Notes under the pieces: generated by a model
Told to the model about the DNA's origin: nothing
Databases searched by the model: none
The model's input: the letters and a program-made list of their open reading frames with translations, nothing else
Part shown: positions 1 through 10,112 of the stretch, one piece after another
Layout of the letters: each line of letters opens with the position of its first letter
Position numbering within the stretch: the first letter of the stretch is position 1
Made by a program: the position numbers and the translations under genes
Assembly: GCF_004010195.1 (NCBI RefSeq)
Contig: NC_057719.1
Location: forward strand, 80,935,873 to 80,955,872
Source: Chiloscyllium plagiosum
Taxonomy: Eukaryota
Reading direction: 5' to 3'
DNA length: 20,000 nt

Positions 1-1790
1 TTATCACTACTTCTTAACCAATTAAGTGGTCCCGTCACTTTAAAGCCATTTATCAGTTCAAAAGCAATCACATTCCTTTGAGGAATTTTGCAAATACTTT
101 GAGGAATCAATCCTGTGGGTTGATCATTTAGGAGTATCCCTAATGTCAAACAGTAACAAGAGAATTCCCTTGTACTAGTCATTAGACATTTCTAACAATA
201 AGCTGTAATCATTGTCTTCACTGTCAGATACCATCTTTCCAAAGTTCTTTGAGATTGTGGGTGATAAGCAGAAGATGCAAATTGTTTTATTTCTAAACAA
301 ACATCATTTATTTGAATACTTGAGACATAAAATTTGAACCTTGATCTCATTGTATTTATTTGATTCTTGCATATCTTATAAGAAATTAAGGTAACTTCTC
401 TGCTACCATTTTCTCAGTTTTTTTTCCTTAAACATGAGCTGCTTCAGAAAATCTGGTTGAAATGTCCACATTGTAGAAATATATTGATTTGACTTCTTGG
501 CTTTTGGTAGGCTTTTTCAGAATCTATTAGGATCCTGCTAAATGGTTCTTCAAAGGTTGGTATCAAAATTATAGCACATGTTTAATTGATGGTTTGTGTT
601 TTTCAAATACTTGACATGCTAGGGCATGTCTGTCAAAATTTGACCGCATATTTATGTCATCCTGGCCAGTAAATACGTTTTGATATTTTAGTGTGTCTTT
701 TCCTAATGCCCAACTTATCTGCTATTGGACTAGCATGAGCCACTCATAAAACTTCATTGCTGTACTCAGATGAAGCTACAACTTGATGGACCACTGCCCA
801 TTCCTCATGGTCTGGTATTTGAACCTGTCTCATTTCTTCATTAATTCTTTGTCTTTCAAATAATAACACTCAGATATTAGTTCTGACTCAATTTCTGGTA
901 GCTGCTTGCCATAACTCTTTCAATTCGGGATCGATTGTATATTGTTACAGGATCATTCACTGCATCGTTTCCAATTAGGTTTTTGAAATTTATATCTGAT
1001 AATTTGAAGACACCTTCTTTTCTCGTTGATACCTTTTCTTTCTTCCAGTTCTACGAGCCTGCGGTCTAGTCACAATACAGTCGGGAACAATCCAGAATGT
1101 TCCTCTTGTCACATCTCAGTTTCCTTTACCTCAGCCAATGGATCCACCACTCTCAGTGAGGTCAATATTTTGGAATGAGCCAGGTCATTTCCCCAGATAG
1201 AATCAGTTCCTTTGATAGGAATTTGTTACCCCCCCACTCCAACCACAGTTTCTCCATTTGCTAAGTCACTCTTTAATCCAATCGTGGATAATGGAGCAGA
1301 TTTTGAACTCCCAGGTATACTTTCAATTGATAGTTTCTCCTTCATGAACCCTGTTAGGAGGCAAATCATATCATCAGCCAGCACCAATGACTGACATGCT
1401 CCAGCATCTCTCAATACTTTTATTGGTTTACATTTTTGCTTTGTAGCAAAAGGAATTACTTCTTATGAAATGCATGAACCTCCATTGGCCTGGCTCTCCC
1501 TGCCAATATTCATAGAAGAAGTTTCATGACTACGTCATAAGACCATAAACCACTCATTCAGTCTATTCTATGAATCAATGAGATGGCTGATCTAATAATC
1601 CTCTGTTTTCAGACTGTCCTGAGTCATCCACCCTTTCTGAGTACACTCTAAGGAGACGTGCTCTTTGAATACCTGTTTTAACACCTATTTCATTTTCTGA
1701 TGCTCCCTTTTCTGAACATTCTTTGGACATTCATACTACAGCAAACAGTCTCCCAATGTTTGGCCAATTAGCCCTAGTATGTCTGGTCTA
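1..1790 (-). mobile_element. Decayed Gypsy (Gmr1-like) pol region: end of gag zinc knuckle, aspartic protease, then integrase; continues off the window edge
   Basis: Minus-strand translation gives the protease motif PIKVLRDAGACQSLVL...LKSDLANGETVVGV...GNDLAHSKI (~1165-1430), integrase HHCC-like LGIRK..IYWPG..CQV (~610-720), IPTFEEPFSRILID (~525-565) and core Q*DQGSNFMSQVF..IKQFASSAYHPQSQRTLERW (~230-355). Many stops and frameshifts. Confidence 0.9.
1535..1605 (-). mobile_element. Short CR1/SINE 3'-tail fragment inserted in the Gypsy element
   Basis: cataagaccataa...aatgagatggctgatctaataatcctc resembles the reverse complement of shark CR1-type 3' ends. Confidence 0.45.
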
Positions 1791-1841
1791 ATAAAATTGC
1801 TGTGTTGTGATAAAGATTATCGCAATTATCAGGTTTTCAAA

Positions 1842-2003
1842 ATGATTTTGAATGTTGCTAAGAGTTTTCTGGCAATAAAAGAAATAACTGTGGAGTATTT
1901 GAAATCATTGACAAAGGCTAAACTGACAGAGTTAGTGGATACATCTAAGGAAGAGGTAATAGTAGGATCTCATAAGGAGGAGATACTGAGAATGAGCGAG
2001 TTT
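1842..2003 (+). pseudogene. Gypsy gag N-terminus (inverted segment, part 1)
   Basis: ATG at 1842; MILNVAKSFLAIKEITVEYLKSLTKAKLTELVD...KEEIL resembles the gag start of fish/shark Gmr1-like elements. Interrupted at ~2004 by a PLE. Confidence 0.65.
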
Positions 2004-2535
2004 TAAGAAGATTTGTAACTCAGGTTGAGGTTCTGGATGTAGGTTTGCTCGCTGAGCTGGAAGGTTCATTTCCAAACGTTTCGTCACCCTATTAGGTAAC
2101 ATCTTCAGTGGGCTTCCAGGCAAAGCACTGCTGATAATTCCTGCCTTCTATTTATATGTTTCGGATTTTTTGGGTTGGTTATGTCATTTCCTGTGGTGAT
2201 GTCATTTCCTGTGGTGGCATCATTTCCTGTTCTTTTTCACAGGGGGTGTGTTTTAAAAAATTCTCAAGGTCAAGGACCAGGCTCGCAGGAAAGTAGTCTG
2301 ACACAGAACAAACAGCCAAGAGGCGAGTCTGTCATTTCCTGTGGTGGCATCATTTCCTGTTCTTTTTCACAGCGGGTGGTAGATGGGGTCTAATTCGATG
2401 TGTTTGTTGATAGAGTTCCGGTTGCCATGCTTCTAGGAATCCTCGTGCACGTCTCTGTTTGGCTTGTCCTAGGATGGATGTGTTGTCCCAGTCGAAGTGG
2501 TGTCCTCCCTCATCTGTATGTAAGGATACTAGTGA
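2004..2535 (-). mobile_element. Penelope-like element 3' fragment (GIY-YIG C-terminus plus 3' UTR with hammerhead core)
   Basis: Minus translation VSLHTDEGGHHFDWDNTSILGQAKQRRARGFLEAW..NSINKHIELDPIYHPL*; short gtcatttcctgtggtg repeats; HHR motif at 2075-2108. Confidence 0.85.
2075..2108 (-). ncRNA. Minimal hammerhead ribozyme core (PLE type)
   Basis: Minus strand reads CTGAAGA-T-GTTACC-taatag-GGTGAC-GAAA-CGTT: CUGANGA box, 6-bp stem II, GAAA, palindromic stem III, GUU triplet. Confidence 0.75.
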
Positions 2536-2561
2536 GAGAGGGAATGATTATCCAGCAAGTT

Positions 2562-3235
2562 ATTTTATTTTATTCATTCATAAGATGAGGGGATCACTGG
2601 CAACAACATTTATCAACCAACCCGAATTGCCCAGAGGGCAGTTAAGAGTCAATCATATTGCTGTGGTTCTGGAGTCACATGTAGGCCAGACCAGGAAAGG
2701 TTGGCAGTTTCCTTCCTTAAAGGACATTAGTGAGCTAGATGGATTTTTCCAACAGATGATAATGGTTTCATAGCCATCAATAGACTTCTAATTCCAGATT
2801 TCTTTCTTTATAGAATTCAAATTCCACCATCTGCTATGGTGGGATTCAAACCATGTTCCTCAGAACACTACAGAGTCATAGAGGCATGGAAACAGACCCT
2901 TCGGTCCAACCCGTCCATGCCGACCAGATATCCCAACCCAATATAGTCCCACCTGCCAGCACCCGGCCCATATCCCTCCAAACCCTTCCTATTCATATAC
3001 CAAAAGCCTCTTAAATATTGCAATTGTATCAACCTCCACCACTTCCTCTGGCAGCTCATTCCATTCACAGACAACCCTCTGCGTGAAAAAGTTGCCCCTT
3101 AGGTCTCTTTTATGTCTTTCCCCTCTCACCCTAAACCTATGCCCTCTCGTTCTGGGCTCCCCGACCCCAGGGAAAAGACTTTGCCGATTTACCATTACCT
3201 GGATGCCCGGAGTAACAACTCAGCAATAGTACCAA
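2562..3235 (-). mobile_element. Shark tRNA-derived SINE (SacSINE1/Deu-domain-like), split by a CR1 fragment at 2871-3192
   Basis: Recognisable body gcccagagggcagttaagagtcaa...aaggacattagtga...gaattcaaattccaccatctg and B-box-like ggattcaaacc. It stops at cagaacactac (~2870) and resumes at cattacctgg (~3192). Confidence 0.7.
2871..3192 (-). mobile_element. CR1/HER1 LINE 3' end (5'-truncated)
   Basis: ORF 2989..3195 LFPGVGEPRTRGHRFRVRGERHKRDLRGNFFTQRVVCEWNELPEEVVE is the CR1 ORF2 C-terminus, followed by the 3' UTR and tail. Confidence 0.92.
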
Positions 3236-3239
3236 ATTA

Positions 3240-4320
3240 CAGGAGGGAAACCTAAAATTGAGATATCACAGCTAGAAATGGCTAGGAAACAGAAAATGAA
3301 TTGAGTTAGAAATAGAGGGAGAGAATAAAGAAAATCAGAGAAAAATAGAAAGTTACGAAAAGAAAAAAATGTAAAAAAACAGGAGGATATACAGAAACAG
3401 AAACTAATAGAAAAAGAAATAGAATTTAAAAAGCTTGAACCCCAAAGAAACAGGGAAATTAGGCAATATGAGTTGACAATGGAAAAGCTGAGAGTGAGGG
3501 AAAAACAAAGAATGAATGACTCCAATTCTAATGAGGGATTTCATTCAACTAAGCATCCACGCTTAGTGCCTACAGTTTTTAAGGATGGATCAAAAGATAT
3601 TTCACTTCATTTGAGAAGATAACTGGACAGATGAAGTGCTCAAAAGATGCTTGGACTTTAATTTTTTTTAGAAGTGTTTTGACAGGTACAGCAACAACTG
3701 TTTGTCAGAAGATCAATCTTCAGTTTATGAAACCATTAAAAAGGCAAGAACTGGACAGATGAAGTGCTCAAAAGATGCTTGGACTTTAATTTTTTTAGAA
3801 GTGTTTTGACAGGTACAGCAACAACTGTTTGTCAGAAGATCAATCTTCAGTTTATGAAACCATTAAAAAGGCAAGACTCGGTGATCATGAGCTTGTCCCT
3901 GAAGCACATCAATTAAAATTTACGACTTACAAGAAAGAAACTTGAGGAAAAAAGAAACGCTGTGGAATCAGTGTTTTGATCACTCAAGCCTGAGAAAATC
4001 TTTGAGAGTGGAAGCAGAATTATGATTCTGTTAGAATTCTGAAATAGCCTTCCTGCAAACTGATACATTTATTTAGATATGGGTCAAGCATCAAAGATCA
4101 GAGAAGCTGCAGTTCTGGCAGATACCTGTGGTATCTCGCATAGATAATTACAGTGGAGAGATGTGAATTTACAAGGAAACTGGATGAATAGAAAATCTGC
4201 AGAGGAGAGATGTACTGGCTTAAGGGGATAAACACAAGGATGTCAAAGTTAGAAGGGACAAAAGCTAGAAACGAAAAGTTTTATAAAGAATATAATGCTT
4301 CCATTGTATTGTTTTCATGC
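3240..4320 (+). pseudogene. Gypsy gag body (inverted segment, part 2)
   Basis: K/E-rich coiled-coil stretch, then KHPRLVP..YFTSFEKITGQMKCSKDAWTL..LSEDQSSVYETIKKA..ELVPEAHQLKF, ending at LPLYCFH (4298-4318), the first half of a CCHC knuckle. Confidence 0.85.
3621..3875. repeat. Tandem duplication, 128 bp + 127 bp
   Basis: 3621-3748 and 3749-3875 are identical except for one T in a homopolymer (T8 vs T7). Confidence 0.97.
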
Positions 4321-4372
4321 CTGCATATGTCAGCTCTTTAAAAGTGAAGCCCTCTTCAAATTCAATTCTTGG

Positions 4373-4390
4373 ACCCCGCAAGAGCCTCCA
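4373..4390 (-). promoter_or_regulatory. Putative tRNA primer-binding site of the Gypsy element
   Basis: Minus strand TGGAGGCTCTTGCGGGGT lies 5 nt inside the LTR end; it is a TGG-starting, tRNA-Pro/Thr-like complement (14/18 match to TGGGGGCTCGTCCGGGAT). Confidence 0.65.
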
Positions 4391-4395
4391 CTTAT

Positions 4396-5500
4396 TGTGA
4401 TTCCAGCTAATGTTGCTATTGGACAAGTCAGATCTCAGAATAAAGTCTGGCCTGGCGGATAATATTTTATTCATTTTTTTTCTCAAGTTAACGTGGCAGT
4501 CTTTTGCTGAGCACAACAGGCTGCAGATTTGGTTTTAACAACAAAACAGAAGTCTATTCGAATTAGAATGTAATTAGGTTTATTGGCACGTGCACTCAAT
4601 TTGCAGAAGGACAGGAAAACAGGGAAAAGTGCACAAAGTCACTAACACACAACACCAGCTTAGGTTCAAAATAGCTAGATACAAAACTCAGGTCCCAAAA
4701 AATATAGAAAATAAAGAAAAAAGTTACACTACATTACAGATATTCCTAGTATAATTTAGGAAAATAAGAAATAAAGTTAACAGATAGACATTACAGTCTT
4801 CCATTATGCAAAAGAAAAGAAAATAAGCCAAGTTATCTCTATATAACATAAGTTAAAAGATATCAAATACCTGGCAAAGTAAAGTCCTATCTTTTCACCA
4901 ATGCCATCACTTTACAGTTAAAATAATTCCAGAGAAATTTCCTTTCCCTATCAAATATTTAAGTTTACTGAATTGCTTCTTTGAGCTGTGAGCTGCAAAG
5001 ATTTTTTTTTGATAACTCACGCAACTGAGATCTTAGACTTTCTCAGCTGCAAATAACCAATGCAAACCTTCCTGGTCTAGGAGTTTTTACAAACTGAAAT
5101 CCTTCCATTGAGGTAATTTATTCCCTTAGCTGCTATGAACAAACTCTTTCTTTCCAGGAGCTATTATTTTTGCATCTAACTTCAGTCAGTTCGTTTTCAA
5201 ACTGAACTCAGGAGCTCATAGCTATTAAAAAAAAACAAAGTCTGGCCCCAGCTTCTGACAGTTAAGGCTCAATATCTTTTTTCCCTTCTGCTATAAATCC
5301 CCCACAACATACACAAACTTCTATTAACGTTCCAGGACACATTTAGTCATCTACTCTCTATAAGCTAGTTTAAAATCATGGTTCCAAAAAGACTGACCTA
5401 GTTAATTGTTCAATGGACTAAACTGATATGCCACTAGTTAAAAATCAAACGCTAAATAATTTATTAATACTGGTATATAAAGCGCAAGACTTTCATCACA
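4396..5500 (-). mobile_element. Putative 5' LTR of the Gypsy element (probably with a secondary insertion around 4560-4860)
   Basis: Bounded by perfect inverted termini TGTGAT (4396) ... ATCACA (5500) and adjacent to the PBS. The partner LTR is outside the window. Confidence 0.6.
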
Positions 5501-5714
5501 GTATGTACTTTGCCTCCACTGGCCAACAATGCAGGACTATCTTGTGTTTAGCACAGTAGAAGCACTTGCCATTGCTGGAACCTTGTGGTGTTTATGCTAC
5601 TGACTCCATTTTTAAAAACAAACTGATTAAAAACAAACATTTTAAACACAGCAAGACGGAAATCACCCTTCACAGATCTCGTTGCTGAAGAATTCCAAAG
5701 AAGATACGTGACTG

Positions 5715-6245
5715 AGGCAAAGTGGCACAAATCCTTCTTGCGGACAGGAACATGAAGGTCCTGATGGACAGACTGGTGGGAAGGAATGATATTCCCTTTC
5801 CCTTGAGAAAAGAGATAGACAAAGCCATGACATCAGACTCTGCCAGCCAGGTCCAAAGTTGCCACCTGGGTCAGTGCCACTTCCATGGTCAAAAGAAATG
5901 CACAGTAATGCCACAAGGACCTTCTGTGTTCTACTAGGGTAAGTGCTAACCATCTTCTCTCTCATACCTCACAATCCTATGACTCTAGTAACTCACCCAC
6001 CTCTTTCCAAAACACTTGGTCTACCCCACTTAATATTGCTGCCCTCTGCACGTCCTGCTCAACCACCAGGGACACCTCGCCACCTTTCCTGCTCTTGCAG
6101 CAACACATGCAGCTGCACCAATCACTTCCATCTCACCCTTTGTCCCATTGCAGGAAAAGTTGACCCACAGTTGAGCTGAGATGGCTATCCTTCAACTCTT
6201 CGCCCTAGATGAGGAGAAATATGTGAGTTGGTGGAAGAGGGTAAG
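5715..6245 (+). pseudogene. Relic Myb/SANT-like DNA-binding gene of a PIF/Harbinger-type transposon, two exons
   Basis: LADRNMKVLMDRLVGRNDIPFP, then frameshifted HQTLPARSKVATWVSATSMVKRNAQ*CHKDLLCSTR; donor GTAAGT at 5939; acceptor cccattgcAG at 6153; exon 2 begins EKLTHS*AE. Confidence 0.6.
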
Positions 6246-6399
6246 AGACTGTTTACCTGGTGATGCCAAAATTCTCATGTCCTGGTAATTTATGATGCTT
6301 CATTTGTGCTATTCTGTTCTGCTCTCCCATTGGTACCACATCTTGTACCATGTGCCCTTGGAGCTGCTATGACATCCATATCCTTGAGAACGTTCAGGC

Positions 6400-7267
6400 G
6401 TTGAATGCCAGAATCTGGTTACTGGAAGACAAATGTGTATCTTTTAACACAGTGAAGCTGGCCAAGCAGAGGCTGATAGCCAAATTCAGTGCCCATGGGG
6501 ATGGCCTCAACCGGGGTCTTGGGTTCATGTCACAGGTGACCCCACTACACTATACACAGACACACAGACACACAGACACACATACACACGCACACACACT
6601 CTCCTACTACTCACGCAGACCCTCTCTCATATGCTCACACATACATTCCCACACACACCCTCTCACAGACTTATACCCCTTTACACTCACATACACATAC
6701 ATACACATACTCTCTCACAGACACTCAATAACCTCCCCCCACCCACACACGCACACACACACACCCACATCACACATACACATATACGTTTGTGGGGTGA
6801 ATTTGTACTTGCAGAATTACATTTTACTTTGCTCAAAAACTGCACGAATCCATGGAAGAATCTGTAAATCCATTTTTCAGATTAGAGTCAGTCTGACCAT
6901 TGTGGCACAGACAGTCTCACACAGGGAAGCTCACACCTTCAATGCATTATCTGGGCCGACATGACACTAATTGTTAAAGTTCACTTGAGAATGTAACTTT
7001 TTAAAAATGTTTTGCGATTTACATATGAAAGAACTGGAACCAACATGGTCATTCTAAAAGATGAGAGACTTAACAAACACTCCAGGTCTTTTTCAGCATA
7101 TAATTTCAGTTACATCACACTGTAAACTTGTGCTATAAATTCTGTGTCTCACAATCTTATTCACCACAACCATCTGATGAAGGAGCGTCGCTCTGAAAGC
7201 TAGTGCTTCCAAATAAACCTGTTGGACTATAACCTGGTGCTGTGTGATTTTTAACCTTTGTACACAC
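6400..7267 (+). mobile_element. Penelope-like element 3' part (GIY-YIG end, CA-rich tract, 3' UTR with HHR)
   Basis: KLAKQRLIAKFSAHGDGLNRGLGFMS; (CA)n-rich 6550-6785; HHR at 7174; terminal aataaacctgttggactataacctggtg...gatttttaac. Confidence 0.85.
7174..7202 (+). ncRNA. Minimal hammerhead ribozyme core
   Basis: CTGATGA-A-GGAGC-gtc-GCTCT-GAAA-GCTA: both conserved boxes, stem II, palindromic AGCT stem III, CUA triplet. Confidence 0.8.
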
Positions 7268-7793
7268 AAATAAAGTAGGAGATTGTAAGTGCAGTGGGGT
7301 CCCTTTAATTTTGTCTCTTCACTTATCATCCAAAAAAAGTAGCATTGCAAAAACGAGCATGTTGTGAAATGCTTACAGTTCAACATGAGAGGAAAGCAGC
7401 TTCTGACCCTTGTGCAACCAATGAAACCTTGGAACGTTTTTAGGAAACGTGGACTGCAGGTTCCCAGTGATGATGCCTGCTTCACAGAGATTACTACATG
7501 AAACTTGTAATGATCATTGGCATGGCCAGGAGTTATAATCTACATAGTTGACAAATGCTTGGGCGAGACTTGCAGAATGTTACGAAACGCAGATGACTTG
7601 AATCTGCTATCTGTAAGTGCCTGATTAATGCAATTGTCCTTTGAAGAACCTCACATCACAACACAAGTGGAACACACAGCCACAGGCAAAACAAACTTAC
7701 TTCACCCACTCTGAGTATATTGCCAGCTGTTTTCCATGTTTATTGCACAACTGAGAATCGGATGAAGGTGGGACGCTTTCTGCTTGACTTTCT

Positions 7794-7811
7794 CAGAGAG
7801 AGAGAGAGAGA
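7794..7811. repeat. (GA)n microsatellite
   Basis: Directly visible dinucleotide run. Confidence 0.9.
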
Positions 7812-8481
7812 GGCAGAGAGTGTTGCAGGCTGCGCCTGTTATTCCCAGCACGCACTGACTTCACACACTTCACCTTCCTTTCTGCACTCCAGTTCCTGTT
7901 ATCCCAGTCAGGTTTGAGCTCCTCACACTCCCCCTTTTTAGAATTGTTCCTCTCCTCAATTTACCCCCAAGCACTAGGATTATCAGTTAGTGATGCCCAA
8001 CACAGTCGGACACTGTCTCCCTCACATTGAAGCCAGGATGGTGGTAACTACCAACAAAATCTCCTTCCAAAGTATCCCAGTACCTTTCAATACACTCTCA
8101 TCCCAGAGCCTTCTATGTAGAGTTGCCCCTTCACATTGATTGTCCTCTCTGCTTCCCAGCACGCAGCCTCATTTCTCCACACTAGTCTTCCCCAACATGG
8201 CACTTGCTCTCAATACCCTCGTTTGGTGGTGGGGGTGGGGTAGGGGGGAGGGGGCTTCTATCAAACCTACAGGACTGACCACTCCAGGACTATATCAACA
8301 TAAATCCTTGGACTTTGATTATGCTGAACGGCTGACTGACAGGTGGTGAACCCCCTGGACTAAGGTCAGACGGTGCCCTTGACTGACCATGGCTGGATCC
8401 TCTAACTAGCCATAGCTTCCTCTTGAATGGACTAAGGCCTACTCCCCTTTGACATGGCCATTTTGGTTGCAGTACATGCAG

Positions 8482-9145
8482 TGTTAAAAATCACGCAACA
8501 CCAGGTAATAGTCCAACAGATTTATTTGGAAGGACTAGCTTTCAGAGCACTGCTCCTTCATCAGGCAGCTAGTAGGGCAGGTTCATAAGACACAGAATTC
8601 ATGGCAGAAGATCACAGTGTCATGCAACTGAAACAATGCATTGAACAAACCTAGATTGCTGTTAAGTATTCCATCTTTTAGAATGAACTGCAGGTTTCAG
8701 TTCATTAATATATAAATCCCAGAACTTCTTTCAAGTCACATTCTCAAAGATAATTTAAGATTTTATTAAAGAAAGGTGACATTTCAGCTCAGACAATGTA
8801 TTAAAGGTGTGAGGTTAGAGTCTGCCTGTATCCCAACCTTGAGCCAGGCTAGTTCTATTTCCAAAATGTTACATGGACGGACTGCCTGCAATGACTGACT
8901 GGAGATTGTGTGCTTTTTGAACAAAATAGAATGTATCTATTCTGCACTTGCAAATTCACTGCATTGTCTTATACATGTGTGTGTGCATGTGAGGGAGAGG
9001 GAGAAAGAGAGAAAGAGAGAGAGAGAGAGGGAGGTAATGTGTGTGTGTGTTTGGGAGAGTGTATGTGTGTGTGTGTGTTTGGGAGAGAGTGTGTGTGTGC
9101 ATGTGAGCATGTGAGTGTGAGTGCGTGAGAATGTGTGTGCGTGCT
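8482..9145 (-). mobile_element. Penelope-like element 3' UTR, related to 6400-7267 and in opposite orientation
   Basis: gttaaaaatcacgcaacaccaggtaatagtccaacagatttatttggaa is the reverse complement of the 7207-7256 terminus; HHR at 8536-8564; GA/GT-rich tract 8975-9145. Confidence 0.85.
8536..8564 (-). ncRNA. Minimal hammerhead ribozyme core
   Basis: Minus strand CTGATGA-A-GGAGC-agt-GCTCT-GAAA-GCTA. Confidence 0.8.
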
Positions 9146-9147
9146 TG

Positions 9148-9491
9148 GTAGAGGAGACCACATTGAGAGCAATGGACACAATAAATGAGGTGTTTGGATG
9201 TGTAGGAAAATCTCTGCAGGATATGGAAGGATCCTTTGGGGCTTTGGACAGAGGTGAGGTGGGAGGTGTGTGCGTAGGTTTTACACCTCTTGCTGCAGCC
9301 AGGGAAACTGCCGGGAGTGGAGGGTGGGCTGGTGGGGGGTCATGGACCTAACAAGGGAGTCGCAGAGGGAATGGACTTTGCAGAACACAGATGGGGGTGG
9401 GGAGTGAATTATATCTCTGGTGGTGATTGTAGGTGGTGGAAATGATTGGGGATAGTCTGGAGATTAATGGGATGGAAGGTGAGGACCAGGG
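9148..9491 (-). mobile_element. Penelope-like element, inverted 5' portion (GIY-YIG N-terminal part)
   Basis: Minus translation FPGCSKRCKTYAHTSHLTSVQSPKGSFHILQRFSYTSKHLIYCVHCSQCGLLY. Confidence 0.8.
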
Positions 9492-10112
9492 GTCCATTGT
9501 TATCAATGTCGACTCCTATACATTGGGGAGACAGGATGCCAACTCGCAGAATATTTCAGGGATCATCTCTGGAACACATGCACCAAACAACCCCACTGCT
9601 CTGTGGCTGACCACATCCCCTCCCACTCCGCAAGTCCTGGGCCTCCTCCACCGTCAAATCCAAGCCATCCGACATCTGAAGGAAGAATGCCCTATCTTCC
9701 GCCTTGGGACCCTCCAACCACATGGCATCAACGTCGACTTCACCAGTTTCCTCATCTCCCCTACCCGCACCTCAGCCCAGGTCCAACCCTCCAACTCGGC
9801 ACCGCCTTCTTGAACTGTCCTACCTGTCCATCTTCCTTCCCACCTATTTGTTCCACCCTCTCCTCCAACCGACCACCATCATCCCCCACCCATCACATTC
9901 CTAGCTACCTTCCCCCCAGCCCCACCCCCACCCTCTTATTTATCTCTCAATGCCCTTTCCCTACCTCATGCCCCTACTCCCACCTTCCTGATGAAGGGTC
10001 TACGTCCGAGACGTTGACTCTTATGCTCCTCAGATACTGCTTGACATGCTGTGCTTTTCCAGCGCCACACTCTTGGACTCTGATCTCCCGCATCTGCAGT
10101 CCTCACTTTCTC
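9492..10112 (+). mobile_element. Penelope-like element 3' portion (GIY-YIG end, 3' UTR, degenerate HHR)
   Basis: QCRLLYIGETGCQLAEYF...VLGLLHRQ..LKEECPIFRLGTLQPHGINVDFTSF; CTGATGA at 9988 with GAAA changed to GAGA; tail ctgtgcttttccagc...catctgcagtcctcact. Confidence 0.88.

Noticed and set aside
72..107. 11-bp direct repeat CTTTGAGGAAT with a small hairpin inside integrase
   Set aside because: Probably a small repair-derived insertion; too short to interpret.
2182..2372. Short repeated units resembling a CRISPR array
   Set aside because: Vertebrate context, adjacent units without regular unique spacers, no cas genes; part of a PLE UTR.
3220..3525. Hydrophobic 101-aa minus-strand ORF resembling a membrane protein
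   Set aside because: It is the antisense of the A-rich gag coiled-coil region.
4265..4516. 83-aa minus-strand ORF with CHVNLRKK, like a post-integrase motif
   Set aside because: It overlaps the inferred LTR end and PBS and crosses the inversion breakpoint, so it is probably coincidental.
6350..6964. 204-aa ORF, the longest in the window
   Set aside because: It is a PLE GIY-YIG end read through a CA microsatellite (H/T-rich), not a gene.
8908..9181. Several overlapping ORFs on both strands
   Set aside because: They are artefacts of GA/GT simple repeats that lack stop codons.
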